Shown here one piece after another: positions 36,081-46,433 of a stretch of DNA of 64,000 nucleotides; positions within the stretch are counted from its first letter, which is position 1; the number at the start of each line of letters is the position of its first letter. Location of the stretch: contig CAWFJJ010000030.1 of NCBI GenBank assembly GCA_963816185.1, positions 514,981 through 578,980 on the forward strand, written 5' to 3'. Position numbers and translations under genes: made by a program. The DNA is from Thermoanaerobaculia bacterium. GTDB lineage: Bacteria; Acidobacteriota; Thermoanaerobaculia; UBA5066. The notes below the pieces were generated by a model. It had not been told where the DNA came from. It ran no database searches and was given only the letters and a program-made list of their open reading frames with translations.

Positions 36081-37936
36081 TGGCCGAAGTTCCTCACGAG
36101 GAAGAGATCCTCGGGAAAGCCTTCGAGCTTCGCCTCGCGAGAAGGCTCTTCTCCCTCGCGCGCCCGTACCGGCGTTACGTGGTCGGGTCCGTCGTCGTGC
36201 TGATTCTCGAGTCGGTCGCGCAGCTCGCGGGGCCGCTTCTCATGGCCGCGGCGATCGATCTCCTGTTCACGAAAGGACGGACGGGAGCCGGACCGGCCGC
36301 GCGCGGAGTGGACGGCTTCTTCCGATTCTTCGGCGTCGACCTCGGCGCGGGTCACGGCATCGAATGGATCGCGGCGCTATCGATCCTCATGGCCGCGCTC
36401 GCGTTCGTCTTCATGATGGTCATGGTCGCCTGGACGTCGCAGATGGGCCAAGGCGTCATGTTCGACCTCAGGACGCGGATCTTCTCCCACCTCCAGCGCG
36501 CGGACATCGCCGTTTTCGACCGCACGCCCGTGGGCCGGCTCATGACGCGCCTGACGACGGACGTCGACGCCCTGAACGAGCTCTTCACATCCGGCTTCGT
36601 CGCGCTCCTCGGCGACGTGGCGGCCCTGGCGGGAATCGTGGCCGTCCTCTTCGCGCTCGACACGACGCTCGCCGCGATCACGTTCGCGATCCTCCTGCCG
36701 ATGCTCTGGGTGACGAACTGGTTCCGGAAGGGCGCACGCGACACGTACCGCGACGTGCGCGTGAAGATCGCCCGCGTGAACGCGTTCCTCCAGGAGCACA
36801 TCTCCGGAATCAACGTCGTGCAGCTCTTCCGTCACGAGCCGGTCTCGCGCCGGAGCTTCGCCGAGGTGAACGACGCGCACCGGCAGGCGAACCTCGACTC
36901 GATCTTCTACTACTCGATCTTCTATCCGGCCCTCGACTTCCTGTCGGCGGTCGGCATGGCGTCGATCGTGTGGTACGGCGGCGGCGAGGTGCTTCGCGGC
37001 CGCATGACGCTCGGCGCCGTCGTGGCGTTCCTCCAGTACAGCAAGCGCTTCTACCGGCCGCTCATGGACCTCTCCGAGAAGTACAACATCCTGCAGGCCG
37101 CGATGGCCTCCTCGGAGCGGATCTTTCAGCTCCTGGACGCGCGGCCCTCGATCACGGCGCCGGCCGATCCGGTCGCCCCGAAAGGGCCCCTCTTGGGCTC
37201 CGTCGCGTTCGAGGACGTGCGCTTCTCCTACAAGAAGGGCGAGGAGATCCTGAAGGGCGTCTCGTTCCACGTGCAGCCGGGGCGCACGGTCGCGCTCGTG
37301 GGCGCGACGGGCGCGGGCAAGACCACGGTCCTGAACCTCCTCCTGCGCTTCTACGACGTGACGGAGGGGCGCGTCCTCGTGGACGGCACGGACGTGCGCC
37401 GGTACGACCCCGTGCGCCTCCGCGAGCACTTCGGCATCGTCCTGCAGGACACGTTCCTCTTCACGGGCACGATCGCCGAGAACGTCTCCTTCTTCGATCC
37501 TTTGATGCCGCGCGCGCGCATCGAGGAGGCCTGCCGCGAGGTCGGCCTCGCGCCGCTCCTCGCGCGCATCCCGGGCGGCCTCGACGCGAAGCTCTCCGAG
37601 CGCGGGGGCGGCCTCTCGGTCGGCGAGAAGCAGCTCGTCGCCTTCGCCCGCGCGCTCGCGCGCGACCCGCGCGTCCTGATCCTCGACGAGGCCACGTCCT
37701 CGGTCGACCCGGAGACGGAGAAGACGATCGAGCGCGCCGTCGCGCGGCTCCTCTCGGGCCGGACGTCGATCGTCGTCGCGCATCGCCTCTCGACGATCGT
37801 GCGCGCCGACGAGATCCTCGTCCTCTCGCACGGCGAGGTGAAGGAGTCCGGCACGCATGCGGAGCTCCTCGCGAAGGACGGGCTCTACGCCCGCCTCTAC
37901 ACGCTGCAGCTCAAGGACCGCGAGGCGGCGGCGTAG
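36080..37936 (+). CDS. ABC exporter, fused TMD-NBD subunit 2 (MdlB/YheH-like)
   Basis: GATGAGKT, LSVGEKQL, LDEATS and AHRLST. Confidence 0.93.
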   Translation: MAEVPHEEEILGKAFELRLARRLFSLARPYRRYVVGSVVVLILESVAQLAGPLLMAAAIDLLFTKGRTGAGPAARGVDGFFRFFGVDLGAGHGIEWIAALSILMAALAFVFMMVMVAWTSQMGQGVMFDLRTRIFSHLQRADIAVFDRTPVGRLMTRLTTDVDALNELFTSGFVALLGDVAALAGIVAVLFALDTTLAAITFAILLPMLWVTNWFRKGARDTYRDVRVKIARVNAFLQEHISGINVVQLFRHEPVSRRSFAEVNDAHRQANLDSIFYYSIFYPALDFLSAVGMASIVWYGGGEVLRGRMTLGAVVAFLQYSKRFYRPLMDLSEKYNILQAAMASSERIFQLLDARPSITAPADPVAPKGPLLGSVAFEDVRFSYKKGEEILKGVSFHVQPGRTVALVGATGAGKTTVLNLLLRFYDVTEGRVLVDGTDVRRYDPVRLREHFGIVLQDTFLFTGTIAENVSFFDPLMPRARIEEACREVGLAPLLARIPGGLDAKLSERGGGLSVGEKQLVAFARALARDPRVLILDEATSSVDPETEKTIERAVARLLSGRTSIVVAHRLSTIVRADEILVLSHGEVKESGTHAELLAKDGLYARLYTLQLKDREAAA

Positions 37937-37971
37937 GGGCCGAGGTGACCAGAAAGGACTATGATCTGGTC

Positions 37972-38210
37972 ATGAGCAGAGTTTCGAAACGGGACGTGCT
38001 CGTGATCCACCGGCCCGAGGCTGGCGCGCCGCCGCCGGGAAGGGTGAAGCTGCCGCCCCCGTTGAAGACCAAGAGAGACATCGTCGAGATTCTCCTGGAG
38101 GAGCGCCAGAGCCAACGGTGATTCGCTACGTCGATTCTTCGGTCATTTCCCCGTACTCGTCAGAGAGGCTCTGGCCGGGAGGTCTCCTTGACCTGTTTTT
38201 CGGTTGCTGA
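37972..38210 (+). pseudogene. Toxin-antitoxin remnant: short antitoxin-like ORF plus truncated VapC/PIN N-terminus
   Basis: 37972-38121 ends …DIVEILLEERQSQR and overlaps GTG at 38118, which reads IRYVDSSVI (PIN-like start) and stops after ~30 codons. Confidence 0.55.
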
Positions 38211-38264
38211 AGAGCTTCGTCCTCGTCGATCCGTATCCCCACCCCCCCCGGGAGCCCCTGAACC

Positions 38265-39980
38265 GTGAGCGACGTTCCTTCTCTCCGCGGCATGTCCCTC
38301 GTGGGTGCATCGGCCCTGAACAAGGGCACGGCCTTCTCGGACGAGGAGCGGGCACGCCTCGGCTTGCACGGCCTTCTCCCGCCGCGCGTGGAGTCGCTGG
38401 AAGAGCAGGCGGGCCGCGCGTACGAGGCGTACCGCGAGAAGCGGACCGACCTGGGCCGGCACATCTACCTTCGCGCCCTGCAGGACACGAACGAGGTCCT
38501 GTTCTACCGACTGCTCACGGACCACATCGAGGAGATGATGCCGATCGTCTACACGCCGACCGTGGCCCGGGCGTGCGAGCGGTTCAGCAACATCTACCGG
38601 CGGCCGCGCGGCCTCTTCGTCTCGTACCCGCTGCGCGACCGCATTCCCGAGCTCCTGCGCAACCGCCCGCATCGGGAGGTGGACGTCATCGTCGTCACGG
38701 ACGGCGAGCGCGTCCTCGGCATCGGCGACCAGGGCGTCGGCGGGCTCGGCATCTCGATCGGCAAGCTGTCGCTCTACACGCTCATCGGCGGAATCCCGCC
38801 CGCGCGGACTCTTCCGATCGTCCTCGACGCGGGAACGAACAACCCGGAACGGCTCCGCGACCCCGAGTACCTCGGCTGGCGGCACGAACGCGTGACCGGC
38901 GCCGACTACGACGCGTTCGTGGACGCGTTCGTCCAGGCGGTGAAGCAGGAGCTGCCGGGCGCGTGCCTCCAGTGGGAGGACTTCGCGACACCGCACGCGC
39001 GCCCGATTCTCACGCGCTACCGCGACCAGCTCCTCACGTTCAACGACGACATCCAGGGAACCGCGGCCGTGGCGCTGGGCGCGATCCTGGCTGCGATCGG
39101 CGTCACGGGAGGGAAGCTCCGCGAGCAGACGGTCGTCTTTCTGGGCGGCGGCTCGGCGGCGATCGGGGTCGCGGACTCCCTTCGCGAGGCGATGGTCGCG
39201 GAGGGCCTGACGGACGAGGAGGCCCGGCGCCGGTTCTGGATCGTCGACAAGGACGGCCTGCTCCACGCTTCGCGCACGGACCTGACGGAGGAGCAGCGCG
39301 TGTACGCGCAGCCGCCGGAGCGCGTGGCCGGATGGCCAGCGACCGCACACGGCGGGATCGGCCTCGCGGACGTGATCGGGAACGTGAGCGCGACGATCCT
39401 CATCGGGCTTTCCACTGCGGCCGGGGCGTTCACGGAGGCGATCATCCGGGAGATGGCGAGGAAGACGCCGCGGCCGATCGTCTTCCCGCTCTCGAACCCG
39501 ACGGACCGCTCCGAGGCGCGGGCGGAGGATCTGATCCGATGGACGGAGGGGCGCGCGCGCGTCGCCACCGGCTCGCCGTCCGTGCCGGTCGTGTTCAACG
39601 GCCGCACGATCCCGATCGCGCAGTGCAACAACGTCTATGTCTTCCCCGCGGTCGGGCTCGGCCTCGTGGCCTCGGGAGCGCGCCGCGTGACGGACGGGAT
39701 GATGCTTGCCGCGGCCAGGGCGCTGGCGGCGACCTCGCCTGCGCTCGCGGACCCGGGCGGCCCTCTCCTTCCGCCTCTGAGAAACCTGCGCGCGGAGGCG
39801 GTCGCGGTCGCCGTGGCGGTGGGCCTGGAGGCGCAGCGGGCGGGCTTCGCGCCGGCGACGTCACCCGAAGAGCTGCGCTCGCGCGTCGTCGCGAGCCAGT
39901 GGGCGCCGGCCTACGGGAACGAGCAGAACGAACACCACCGCCTCTGCGCTGGCCCGGAATTGGCATCAGCCCGGGCGTGA
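38265..39980 (+). CDS. maeA: NAD-dependent malic enzyme
   Basis: LNKGTAF, PIVYTPTV, VTDGERVLGIGDQG, FNDDIQGT, PLSNPT and QCNNVYVFP. Confidence 0.93.
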   Translation: MSDVPSLRGMSLVGASALNKGTAFSDEERARLGLHGLLPPRVESLEEQAGRAYEAYREKRTDLGRHIYLRALQDTNEVLFYRLLTDHIEEMMPIVYTPTVARACERFSNIYRRPRGLFVSYPLRDRIPELLRNRPHREVDVIVVTDGERVLGIGDQGVGGLGISIGKLSLYTLIGGIPPARTLPIVLDAGTNNPERLRDPEYLGWRHERVTGADYDAFVDAFVQAVKQELPGACLQWEDFATPHARPILTRYRDQLLTFNDDIQGTAAVALGAILAAIGVTGGKLREQTVVFLGGGSAAIGVADSLREAMVAEGLTDEEARRRFWIVDKDGLLHASRTDLTEEQRVYAQPPERVAGWPATAHGGIGLADVIGNVSATILIGLSTAAGAFTEAIIREMARKTPRPIVFPLSNPTDRSEARAEDLIRWTEGRARVATGSPSVPVVFNGRTIPIAQCNNVYVFPAVGLGLVASGARRVTDGMMLAAARALAATSPALADPGGPLLPPLRNLRAEAVAVAVAVGLEAQRAGFAPATSPEELRSRVVASQWAPAYGNEQNEHHRLCAGPELASARA

Positions 39981-39985
39981 GAGGC

Positions 39986-40356
39986 GTGAAAGAAAACTCT
40001 TCCACGCCGCAGGTCGTCAGGTTCCCGAGGCGGCACCGGCTGCGGCGATTGGGGAAAAGCATCCTCAGGGGTGCCTTCGGGCTCTTCGGTCGTCTGGCGC
40101 CCTCGCTCGCCGCCGAGCGGGCGAGACCTCTTCCTCCCCCCCCCTCCCCCCCCTTTCCCCTCCCCCCTCGGACTTGAAGGTCCCCTTTCGCGAGGGAAGC
40201 GCGATCGCGGCGGCGTGGCCGAACGCACGCCTCGTCCGGCTGCGCGGCGTCGGGCATCACCGAATCCTCCGGACGCCCGACGTCATTACGGGCACGGTGG
40301 ACTTCCTGGCCGCCGGAGCGAGCGAGCTCCCGCTCCGACCCGCGCAGGCGAGCTGA
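39986..40356 (+). pseudogene. Alpha/beta hydrolase remnant (N- and C-termini joined across a C-rich tract)
   Basis: N-terminus …GRLAPSLAAERA/RDLFL and C-terminus VPFREGSAIAAAWPNARL…GVGHHRIL; the central domain is missing. Confidence 0.6.
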
Positions 40357-40396
40357 CGGGTCAGCGCGGGCCGAGCGAGCCTAGGGCCCCCCGAGG

Positions 40397-41206
40397 TCAG
40401 TGGCCCTGCTGGCCCTGCTGCTTCTTCATCATCTCCTCGAACTGCTTGCGCTGCTCGGGAGTCATCTTCTCCATCGCCTTGCGCATCGCCTCGGCCGCTT
40501 CCGGCGAGACGACCCCGGCCGCGCCCATCATCCCTTCCTGCTTCGTGTAGCCGGCCGGGATCTCGAACAGCGAGGCGGGGAGCGACTTCTTCTCGGCTTT
40601 CGTGAGCTCCATCGTCGTCAGGACATCGGCCTTCCCTTTTTCGCGGGTCACCATCTTCACGAAGAAGCCGTCCGCCCCGGCGTCCCGGAGCGCCTTCAGG
40701 AACGAGCCTTCGTCCTGGCTCGAGCCACGGCGCATGAGGCCGCGCACCGACTCGTAGTTCAGGCCGTGGATGTCCTTCGTCGTCCAGAGCTCCATTTCCG
40801 ATTTGTCTCCTTTGCGGGCGAGAAGGACGTGCTTCGTGGAATAACCGAACATCCTCTCGGAGCCCAGGACCTTGACGGTGTACGGCTCCTTGTCCGCCGT
40901 CATCTTCGAGGCCGACTCGCGCATCTTCTTCACGTCCATTTCGGAGTACGTCTTCGCTTTGTCGTTGATGAGGTAGACGATGTCCGGATTCGCGAACTTC
41001 ATGAGCGAGACCATGTGCATCGGCATCTGGGCCGACTGCATGTCGATCTCGGTCCGCGAGCCGACGCGCGACACGAACGATTTGCCCGTCCCCGTCATGC
41101 CCCCCTGGCTCGTGATCTTCATGTCGATCTCGCCTTCGAACTGCGCGAATGCCGGAGCCGCGGCCAGGGCGGCGCCCGCGAGGACGCTCAAGAGAACTCT
41201 CTTCAT
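40397..41206 (-). CDS. Secreted DUF4412-like protein
   Basis: Signal peptide ending AFAQ; FEGEIDMK; KTYSEMD; LFEIPAGY. Confidence 0.75.
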   Translation of the reverse strand: MKRVLLSVLAGAALAAAPAFAQFEGEIDMKITSQGGMTGTGKSFVSRVGSRTEIDMQSAQMPMHMVSLMKFANPDIVYLINDKAKTYSEMDVKKMRESASKMTADKEPYTVKVLGSERMFGYSTKHVLLARKGDKSEMELWTTKDIHGLNYESVRGLMRRGSSQDEGSFLKALRDAGADGFFVKMVTREKGKADVLTTMELTKAEKKSLPASLFEIPAGYTKQEGMMGAAGVVSPEAAEAMRKAMEKMTPEQRKQFEEMMKKQQGQQGH

Positions 41207-41259
41207 GGAATCTCCTTTTGATCGATGTACAGAATGAGCGATCAACAGGTGATTCTATC

Positions 41260-43698
41260 TCAGCTCGCCCGCAGCGCGACGACCTGGCGCTCCTCGAACG
41301 AGACGACGACGAGCGTCTGGTCGTCCTCGGGCGGGCGGTTGCGCGTGAAGCTCTTCACGGACTCGAGGAGAGCCTGCTTGAGCACGTCCGCGCCTTTTTC
41401 GCCGCGCGAGAGGATGACGCCCTCGAACCGCTCGAAGCCGAACGGCTCGCCGTCGTCGTTGAGCGCCTCGATGAGACCGTCGCTGTAGAGCACGAGGCGG
41501 TCGCCCGGCTCGAATCCGACGACGAACTCGCGGAACGGCTCGCGCCGCTTCACGCCGAGCGGAAATCCCCAGGACGACAGCAGCTCGAGCTTCCGCTCGC
41601 GCGCGCGGAAGACGTACGGGTCGAGATGGCCGGCGGACGCGAACCGCAGCGTCGAGCTCGCGGAATCGAGAACGCCGTAGAAGAACGTCATGAGCATGCG
41701 CTTCGGCGCGGTCTTCATGACGATGTCGTTCAGGACCTCGAGAACCCGGGCGGGCGAGGGGTCGTGCCGCACCTGGACGAGGAGAGCCGCCTTCGTCATC
41801 GCCATCACGATGCCGCTCGTGAGGCCGTGCCCGGCCACGTCGCCGAAGGCGAGCCCGAGCCGGCCCTCTTCGAGCGGCAGGAAATCGAAGTAGTCGCCGC
41901 CGATCTCCGTCGCGGCCCGGTAGTGCGAGACCACTGAGGCGTTCTCCAGCTCGGGATGGACGGAGGGCAGGAGCGCGGCCTGGATGCGGTTCGCGGCGTC
42001 GATCTCGGCCTTGATGCGCTCGCGCTCGACGATGCGCTTGACGTGCGGCGCGAGGTCCTCGTAGGAGTAGACGATCGTGCGGCGCGTCGCAAGGCCGGCG
42101 ACCGCGACGAGAGCGATCCCGGCGAGCGGGAGGGCGAGCGCGAGAAGCGGCCCCGTGCGGGCCGGGCCGGACGCCGCGACGCAGAGCGGCACGAGGCAGA
42201 GGAGGAGGCCTCCGCCGAACGCCGCCGTCGACGCCGCGAGGAGATCGGAGAAGGCGAAGACGAGGAGGACGACCGCGATTCCGCCGAAGCCTACGGCGAG
42301 CCCCCGGCCGAACGGCGCGACGGGCGGCGGGAGAACGCCCATGAGCGTCCCGAAGAGCGCCGCGAGGACGACGCCGACGGCAAGGAGGCGCTTGCGGTGG
42401 AAGAAGGCGAGGAAGAAGAGGAGGCCGGCGCTCGCGAAGAGGAGCGCGTCGAGGGCCGCCCCCGCATTGACGGCGAGGGGCCCCCAGATCGCGTTCAGGC
42501 CGTCGCGCGTGCCGGGCGCGAGGCGCGCCCAGACGGCGCCCGCACGATACGGGAGTGCGGGGACGAGGAGCGCCGCCGCGGCGACGGCGGGGGCCGCGAG
42601 GAGGCCGGCGAGGAGCGAGCCGCCGACCGCCGCGTTGCGCACGTCGCGCCGGAGGAGCGCATCGAATGACGCGAGGCGCTCGCCCCAGCGCTCGCGCGCG
42701 AAGCTCTCGCCGACCGACCACGCGAGGAAGACGAGGACCGAAAGCGGGATGTCGTAGAAGAGGAAGCGAAAGCCCGAGACCGCGAGCGTCGTCGTCCGGT
42801 TGTCGATGCTCCCGAGCCCCGTCCCGGTGGCCGCCCACGGGGACGTCAGCGCGTTGTGGAGGATCGAGAGCCCGATCGCCGCGGCGAAAAGGACGGCGCC
42901 CGTCCCGACGCCCACCTCGCCCGCGTGGTACTTCTTCAGGAAGATCGCAAGCAGAATGAAGAGAAGCGAGAAGATCCCGGCGAAGCGCAGGAACGTCTCG
43001 CCGACGCCCGAGTCGTACGCGAAACGGCGGCCGTCCTTGTACTCCTCGATGAGCGACCAGCCCGCGGGCACGTCGCCGATGTAGCTCACGTAGAGGTAGC
43101 AGACGACGTCGCCGGTCGGGAAGGTCGACGGCACGCGGTAGCGGAACGTGGTGTCCGTGCGCGAACGCAGCACCGTCGGGCGCGCGTCCTCGTAGACGGG
43201 GCCCGGCGCACCGAGAAAGGCCCGCGACGCGACGTACGCGTCCGCCTTCGCCTTGAGGTCGTCCGCCTTCGGCGACGCGCCCGTTTCCTCGAGGCGGGCC
43301 TCCCGCATCGCGGCGACGACCTCCCCGGTTCGCGACACGGCGACGAAGCCGTAGGGCGGGTATTTGTCGACGCCGTTGCGCCAGTACGTGACGCGGAACC
43401 CGAAGATGCGCGGCCCGAGGACGGGGTCGGACTCCGCCTTCCGCCGCAGGTCCGGCTTGTCGCGGAGCTCCTTGTCGAGGAGGGGCGAGTCGTCCACGGT
43501 CGTCACGACAAATGCCTTGTCGACCTCGATTCCCCACTTCCGCGCCTCGGCGTCCGCGATCTGCCGGACCCGTCCGCGGGTCACCGTCAAGCCCCGCGGT
43601 TCGGGAGCGTCGTAGAGCGGGACGAGGACGGCGAGAAGAGCCGCCCCGGCGATCCCGGCGACCGCGAACGCACCTGTCCTCGTAGCGGCGCGCATCAC
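41260..43698 (-). CDS. Membrane-bound SpoIIE/RsbU-family PP2C phosphatase
   Basis: Extracytoplasmic region and multiple TM helices, then IGGDYFD, GDVAGHG, SAGH, YSDGL and DDQTL. Confidence 0.9.
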   Translation of the reverse strand: MMRAATRTGAFAVAGIAGAALLAVLVPLYDAPEPRGLTVTRGRVRQIADAEARKWGIEVDKAFVVTTVDDSPLLDKELRDKPDLRRKAESDPVLGPRIFGFRVTYWRNGVDKYPPYGFVAVSRTGEVVAAMREARLEETGASPKADDLKAKADAYVASRAFLGAPGPVYEDARPTVLRSRTDTTFRYRVPSTFPTGDVVCYLYVSYIGDVPAGWSLIEEYKDGRRFAYDSGVGETFLRFAGIFSLLFILLAIFLKKYHAGEVGVGTGAVLFAAAIGLSILHNALTSPWAATGTGLGSIDNRTTTLAVSGFRFLFYDIPLSVLVFLAWSVGESFARERWGERLASFDALLRRDVRNAAVGGSLLAGLLAAPAVAAAALLVPALPYRAGAVWARLAPGTRDGLNAIWGPLAVNAGAALDALLFASAGLLFFLAFFHRKRLLAVGVVLAALFGTLMGVLPPPVAPFGRGLAVGFGGIAVVLLVFAFSDLLAASTAAFGGGLLLCLVPLCVAASGPARTGPLLALALPLAGIALVAVAGLATRRTIVYSYEDLAPHVKRIVERERIKAEIDAANRIQAALLPSVHPELENASVVSHYRAATEIGGDYFDFLPLEEGRLGLAFGDVAGHGLTSGIVMAMTKAALLVQVRHDPSPARVLEVLNDIVMKTAPKRMLMTFFYGVLDSASSTLRFASAGHLDPYVFRARERKLELLSSWGFPLGVKRREPFREFVVGFEPGDRLVLYSDGLIEALNDDGEPFGFERFEGVILSRGEKGADVLKQALLESVKSFTRNRPPEDDQTLVVVSFEERQVVALRAS

Positions 43699-43757
43699 CC
43701 TTGTCCAACGCAGCCGGAAAAGAAATGTTTCGGCCGAAGAGAAGAACCCCGGAGGAC

Positions 43758-43844
43758 TTTCTTAGAAGGGTGTGTGTGGTCTCGGCGGCGAGCGCCGCTA
43801 CGTCGGCTCGGAACGCCCTGGCAGTCACTCATTCTTCTAAGAAA
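43758..43844. repeat. 87-bp segment bounded by an 11-bp inverted repeat (TTTCTTAGAAG / CTTCTAAGAAA)
   Basis: 43758-43768 and 43834-43844; the right copy contains the trpB2 stop codon. Confidence 0.65.
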
Positions 43845-45219
43845 TATTTGGGTTCTCGGGAACCTTCGGGAGGTGCGTCATCGCCTCCTCGACCGCGTGG
43901 TCGGGATACTCGAAATCCTTCAGCTCGCCGGCGTGGTAGCTCTGATAGGCGCTCATGTCGAAGTGGCCGTGGCCCGAGAGGTTGAAGGCGATGACCTTCT
44001 TCTCTCCCGTCTCCTTGCAGCGCAGCGCCTCGTCGATCGCCGCGCGGATCGCGTGCGCGGACTCCGGCGCCGGGATGATTCCTTCCGCCTTCGAGAACTG
44101 GACGGCCGCATCGAACGTCTCGAGCTGCTTGGCCGAGCGGGCCTCGACGTCGCCGTGCGCGACGAGCGCGCTCACCGAGGGCGCCATCCCGTGGTATCGC
44201 AGTCCGCCCGCGTGGATGCCAGGCGGGACGAACGTGTGCCCGAGCGTGTACATCTTGACGATCGGCGCCATCGCGGCCGCGTCGCCGTAGTCGAACGTGT
44301 AGCGCCCCTTCGTGAGCGTCGGGCAGGAGGCGGGCTCCACGGCCATGATCCGCGTCCTCTTCCCCTCCGTGAGGTTGCGGTGGACGAAGGGGAACGCGAA
44401 GCCCGCGAAGTTCGATCCGCCTCCCGCGCACGCGATCACGACGTCGGGATACTCGCCCGCCATCTCCATCTGCTCGAGCGCCTCCAGCCCGATCACGGTC
44501 TGGTGCATCAGGACGTGGCCGAGGACCGAGCCGAGGCTGTACTTCTTCGCACCGCCGCTCGTCGCCGCCACCTCGACCGCCTCGGAGATCGCGATCCCGA
44601 GGGAGCCCGGAGAGCCGGACGACTCGGCGAGGACCTTCCGGCCGAACTGCGTCCTCGAGGTCGGGCTCGCGAACACCTGCGCGCCGAAGTTCTCCATGAT
44701 GTGCCGGCGGTACGGCTTCTGGTGGTACGAGACCTTCACCATGAAGACCTCGAGGTCGAGCCCGAAGAAGCTGCACGCCATCGCGAGGGCCGAGCCCCAC
44801 TGTCCGGCTCCGGTCTCGGTCGTGAGCGCCTTCGTCCCGGCCTCCTTGTTGTAGAAGGCCTGCGCGACTGCCGTGTTCGGCTTGTGCGAGCCGACCGGGC
44901 TCACGCTCTCGTTCTTGTAGTAGATGTGGGCCGGCGTGTCGAGCGCCTTCTCGAGCCTCAGGGCGCGGCACATCGGCGTCGGACGCCAGAGCCGGTAGAT
45001 CTCCCGCACGGGCTCGGGGATCTCGACCCAGCGCTCGGGCGAGACCTCCTGCATCACGATGTTCATTGGAAAGAGGACGGACAGGAAGTCCGGCGTGACG
45101 GGCTCCATCGTTCCGGGGTGCAGGACCGGCGACGGGGGCACGGGCATGTCCGCGTTCACGTTGTACCAGGCCTTCGGCAGCCTCGAATCGTCGAGCTGGA
45201 ATCTCACGGTCCGGGTCAT
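43837..45219 (-). CDS. trpB2: TrpB-like PLP-dependent enzyme (TrpB2)
   Basis: [32 protein letters not shown] and [10 protein letters not shown]. Confidence 0.93.
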   Translation of the reverse strand: MTRTVRFQLDDSRLPKAWYNVNADMPVPPSPVLHPGTMEPVTPDFLSVLFPMNIVMQEVSPERWVEIPEPVREIYRLWRPTPMCRALRLEKALDTPAHIYYKNESVSPVGSHKPNTAVAQAFYNKEAGTKALTTETGAGQWGSALAMACSFFGLDLEVFMVKVSYHQKPYRRHIMENFGAQVFASPTSRTQFGRKVLAESSGSPGSLGIAISEAVEVAATSGGAKKYSLGSVLGHVLMHQTVIGLEALEQMEMAGEYPDVVIACAGGGSNFAGFAFPFVHRNLTEGKRTRIMAVEPASCPTLTKGRYTFDYGDAAAMAPIVKMYTLGHTFVPPGIHAGGLRYHGMAPSVSALVAHGDVEARSAKQLETFDAAVQFSKAEGIIPAPESAHAIRAAIDEALRCKETGEKKVIAFNLSGHGHFDMSAYQSYHAGELKDFEYPDHAVEEAMTHLPKVPENPNIS

Positions 45220-45287
45220 GGGTCCTCCCTTCCGGAAAGGCGCGACGATAGCGCAGACCGCCGCGGACTCCGATATCCTTGCGTCGC

Positions 45288-46433
45288 ATGGAGTCGATCG
45301 TCGTCACCGGCGGGGCCGGTTTCATCGGCTCGAACTTCGTGCGGCTCGCCCTCGCCGAAACGCCCGACCGTGTCGTCGTCGTCGACAAGCTCACGTACTC
45401 GGGTCATCGCGCGAGCCTCGCGGACGTCGAGACGAACCCGAGGTTCACGTTCGTTCAGGCCGACATCGCGGACGCCGCCGCGATGAAGGCCGTCTTCGCG
45501 GCCCACCGCCCGCACGCCGTCCTGAACTTCGCCGCGGAGACGCACGTCGACCGGTCGATCGACGGTCCGGGCGCGTTCGTCCATACGAACGTCAACGGCA
45601 CGTACGAGCTTCTCGAAGCTGCGCGTGTCCACGTCGCCTCCCAGCGCCCGGCCGACGCCGAACGTTTCCGCTTCCTCCACGTCTCCACGGACGAGGTCTA
45701 CGGAACGCTGGGCGGGTCGGGTCTCTTCTCCGAGGAGACGCCCTACGCGCCGAATTCGCCGTACGCCGCGTCGAAAGCCGCCGCGGACCATCTCGTGCGC
45801 GCCTGGCGCGAGACGTACGGCCTCGCGACGCTGCTCACGAACTGCTCGAACAACTACGGGCCGTACCAGTTCCCCGAGAAGCTGATCCCGTTGATGATCC
45901 TGACCGCCCTCGAGGGGAAGCCTCTCCCGATCTACGGCGACGGCGGCAACGTGCGCGACTGGCTCCACGTCCAGGACCACTGCCGAGGCATCCTCCTCGT
46001 CCTCGAGAGGGGGGCGCCCGGAGGCAAGTACAACATCGGGGGCGGCAACGAACGGACGAACCTCCAGGTCGTCGACGCGCTGTGTGAGGCGCTGGAGAAG
46101 ACGGTTCCGTTCGAAGAGAACCCGAAGATTTCGGAGAAGATTTCTTTGAAGGGTAAGAGGGGATACGCGCAGCTCAAGACGTTCGTGGCGGATCGACCCG
46201 GGCACGACCGGAGATACGCGATCGATGCGACCAAGATCCGCCGCGAGCTCGGGTGGAGCCCCTCTTACTCATTCGAAGAAGGTCTTCTTCGAACCGTGGA
46301 GTGGTACCTGAGCCACCAGGAGTGGTGTGCGACCGTCCAGGCGGGAAATTACGGCCGCGAGCGCCTCGGCCTTGGGACCGGCGCCGGCGTCGGCACGGCC
46401 GCCGCCCCTCGCGCGGGCGGAGCCCGCGAATGA
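45288..46433 (+). CDS. rfbB: dTDP-glucose 4,6-dehydratase
   Basis: [33 protein letters not shown] and [12 protein letters not shown]. Confidence 0.96.
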   Translation: MESIVVTGGAGFIGSNFVRLALAETPDRVVVVDKLTYSGHRASLADVETNPRFTFVQADIADAAAMKAVFAAHRPHAVLNFAAETHVDRSIDGPGAFVHTNVNGTYELLEAARVHVASQRPADAERFRFLHVSTDEVYGTLGGSGLFSEETPYAPNSPYAASKAAADHLVRAWRETYGLATLLTNCSNNYGPYQFPEKLIPLMILTALEGKPLPIYGDGGNVRDWLHVQDHCRGILLVLERGAPGGKYNIGGGNERTNLQVVDALCEALEKTVPFEENPKISEKISLKGKRGYAQLKTFVADRPGHDRRYAIDATKIRRELGWSPSYSFEEGLLRTVEWYLSHQEWCATVQAGNYGRERLGLGTGAGVGTAAAPRAGGARE

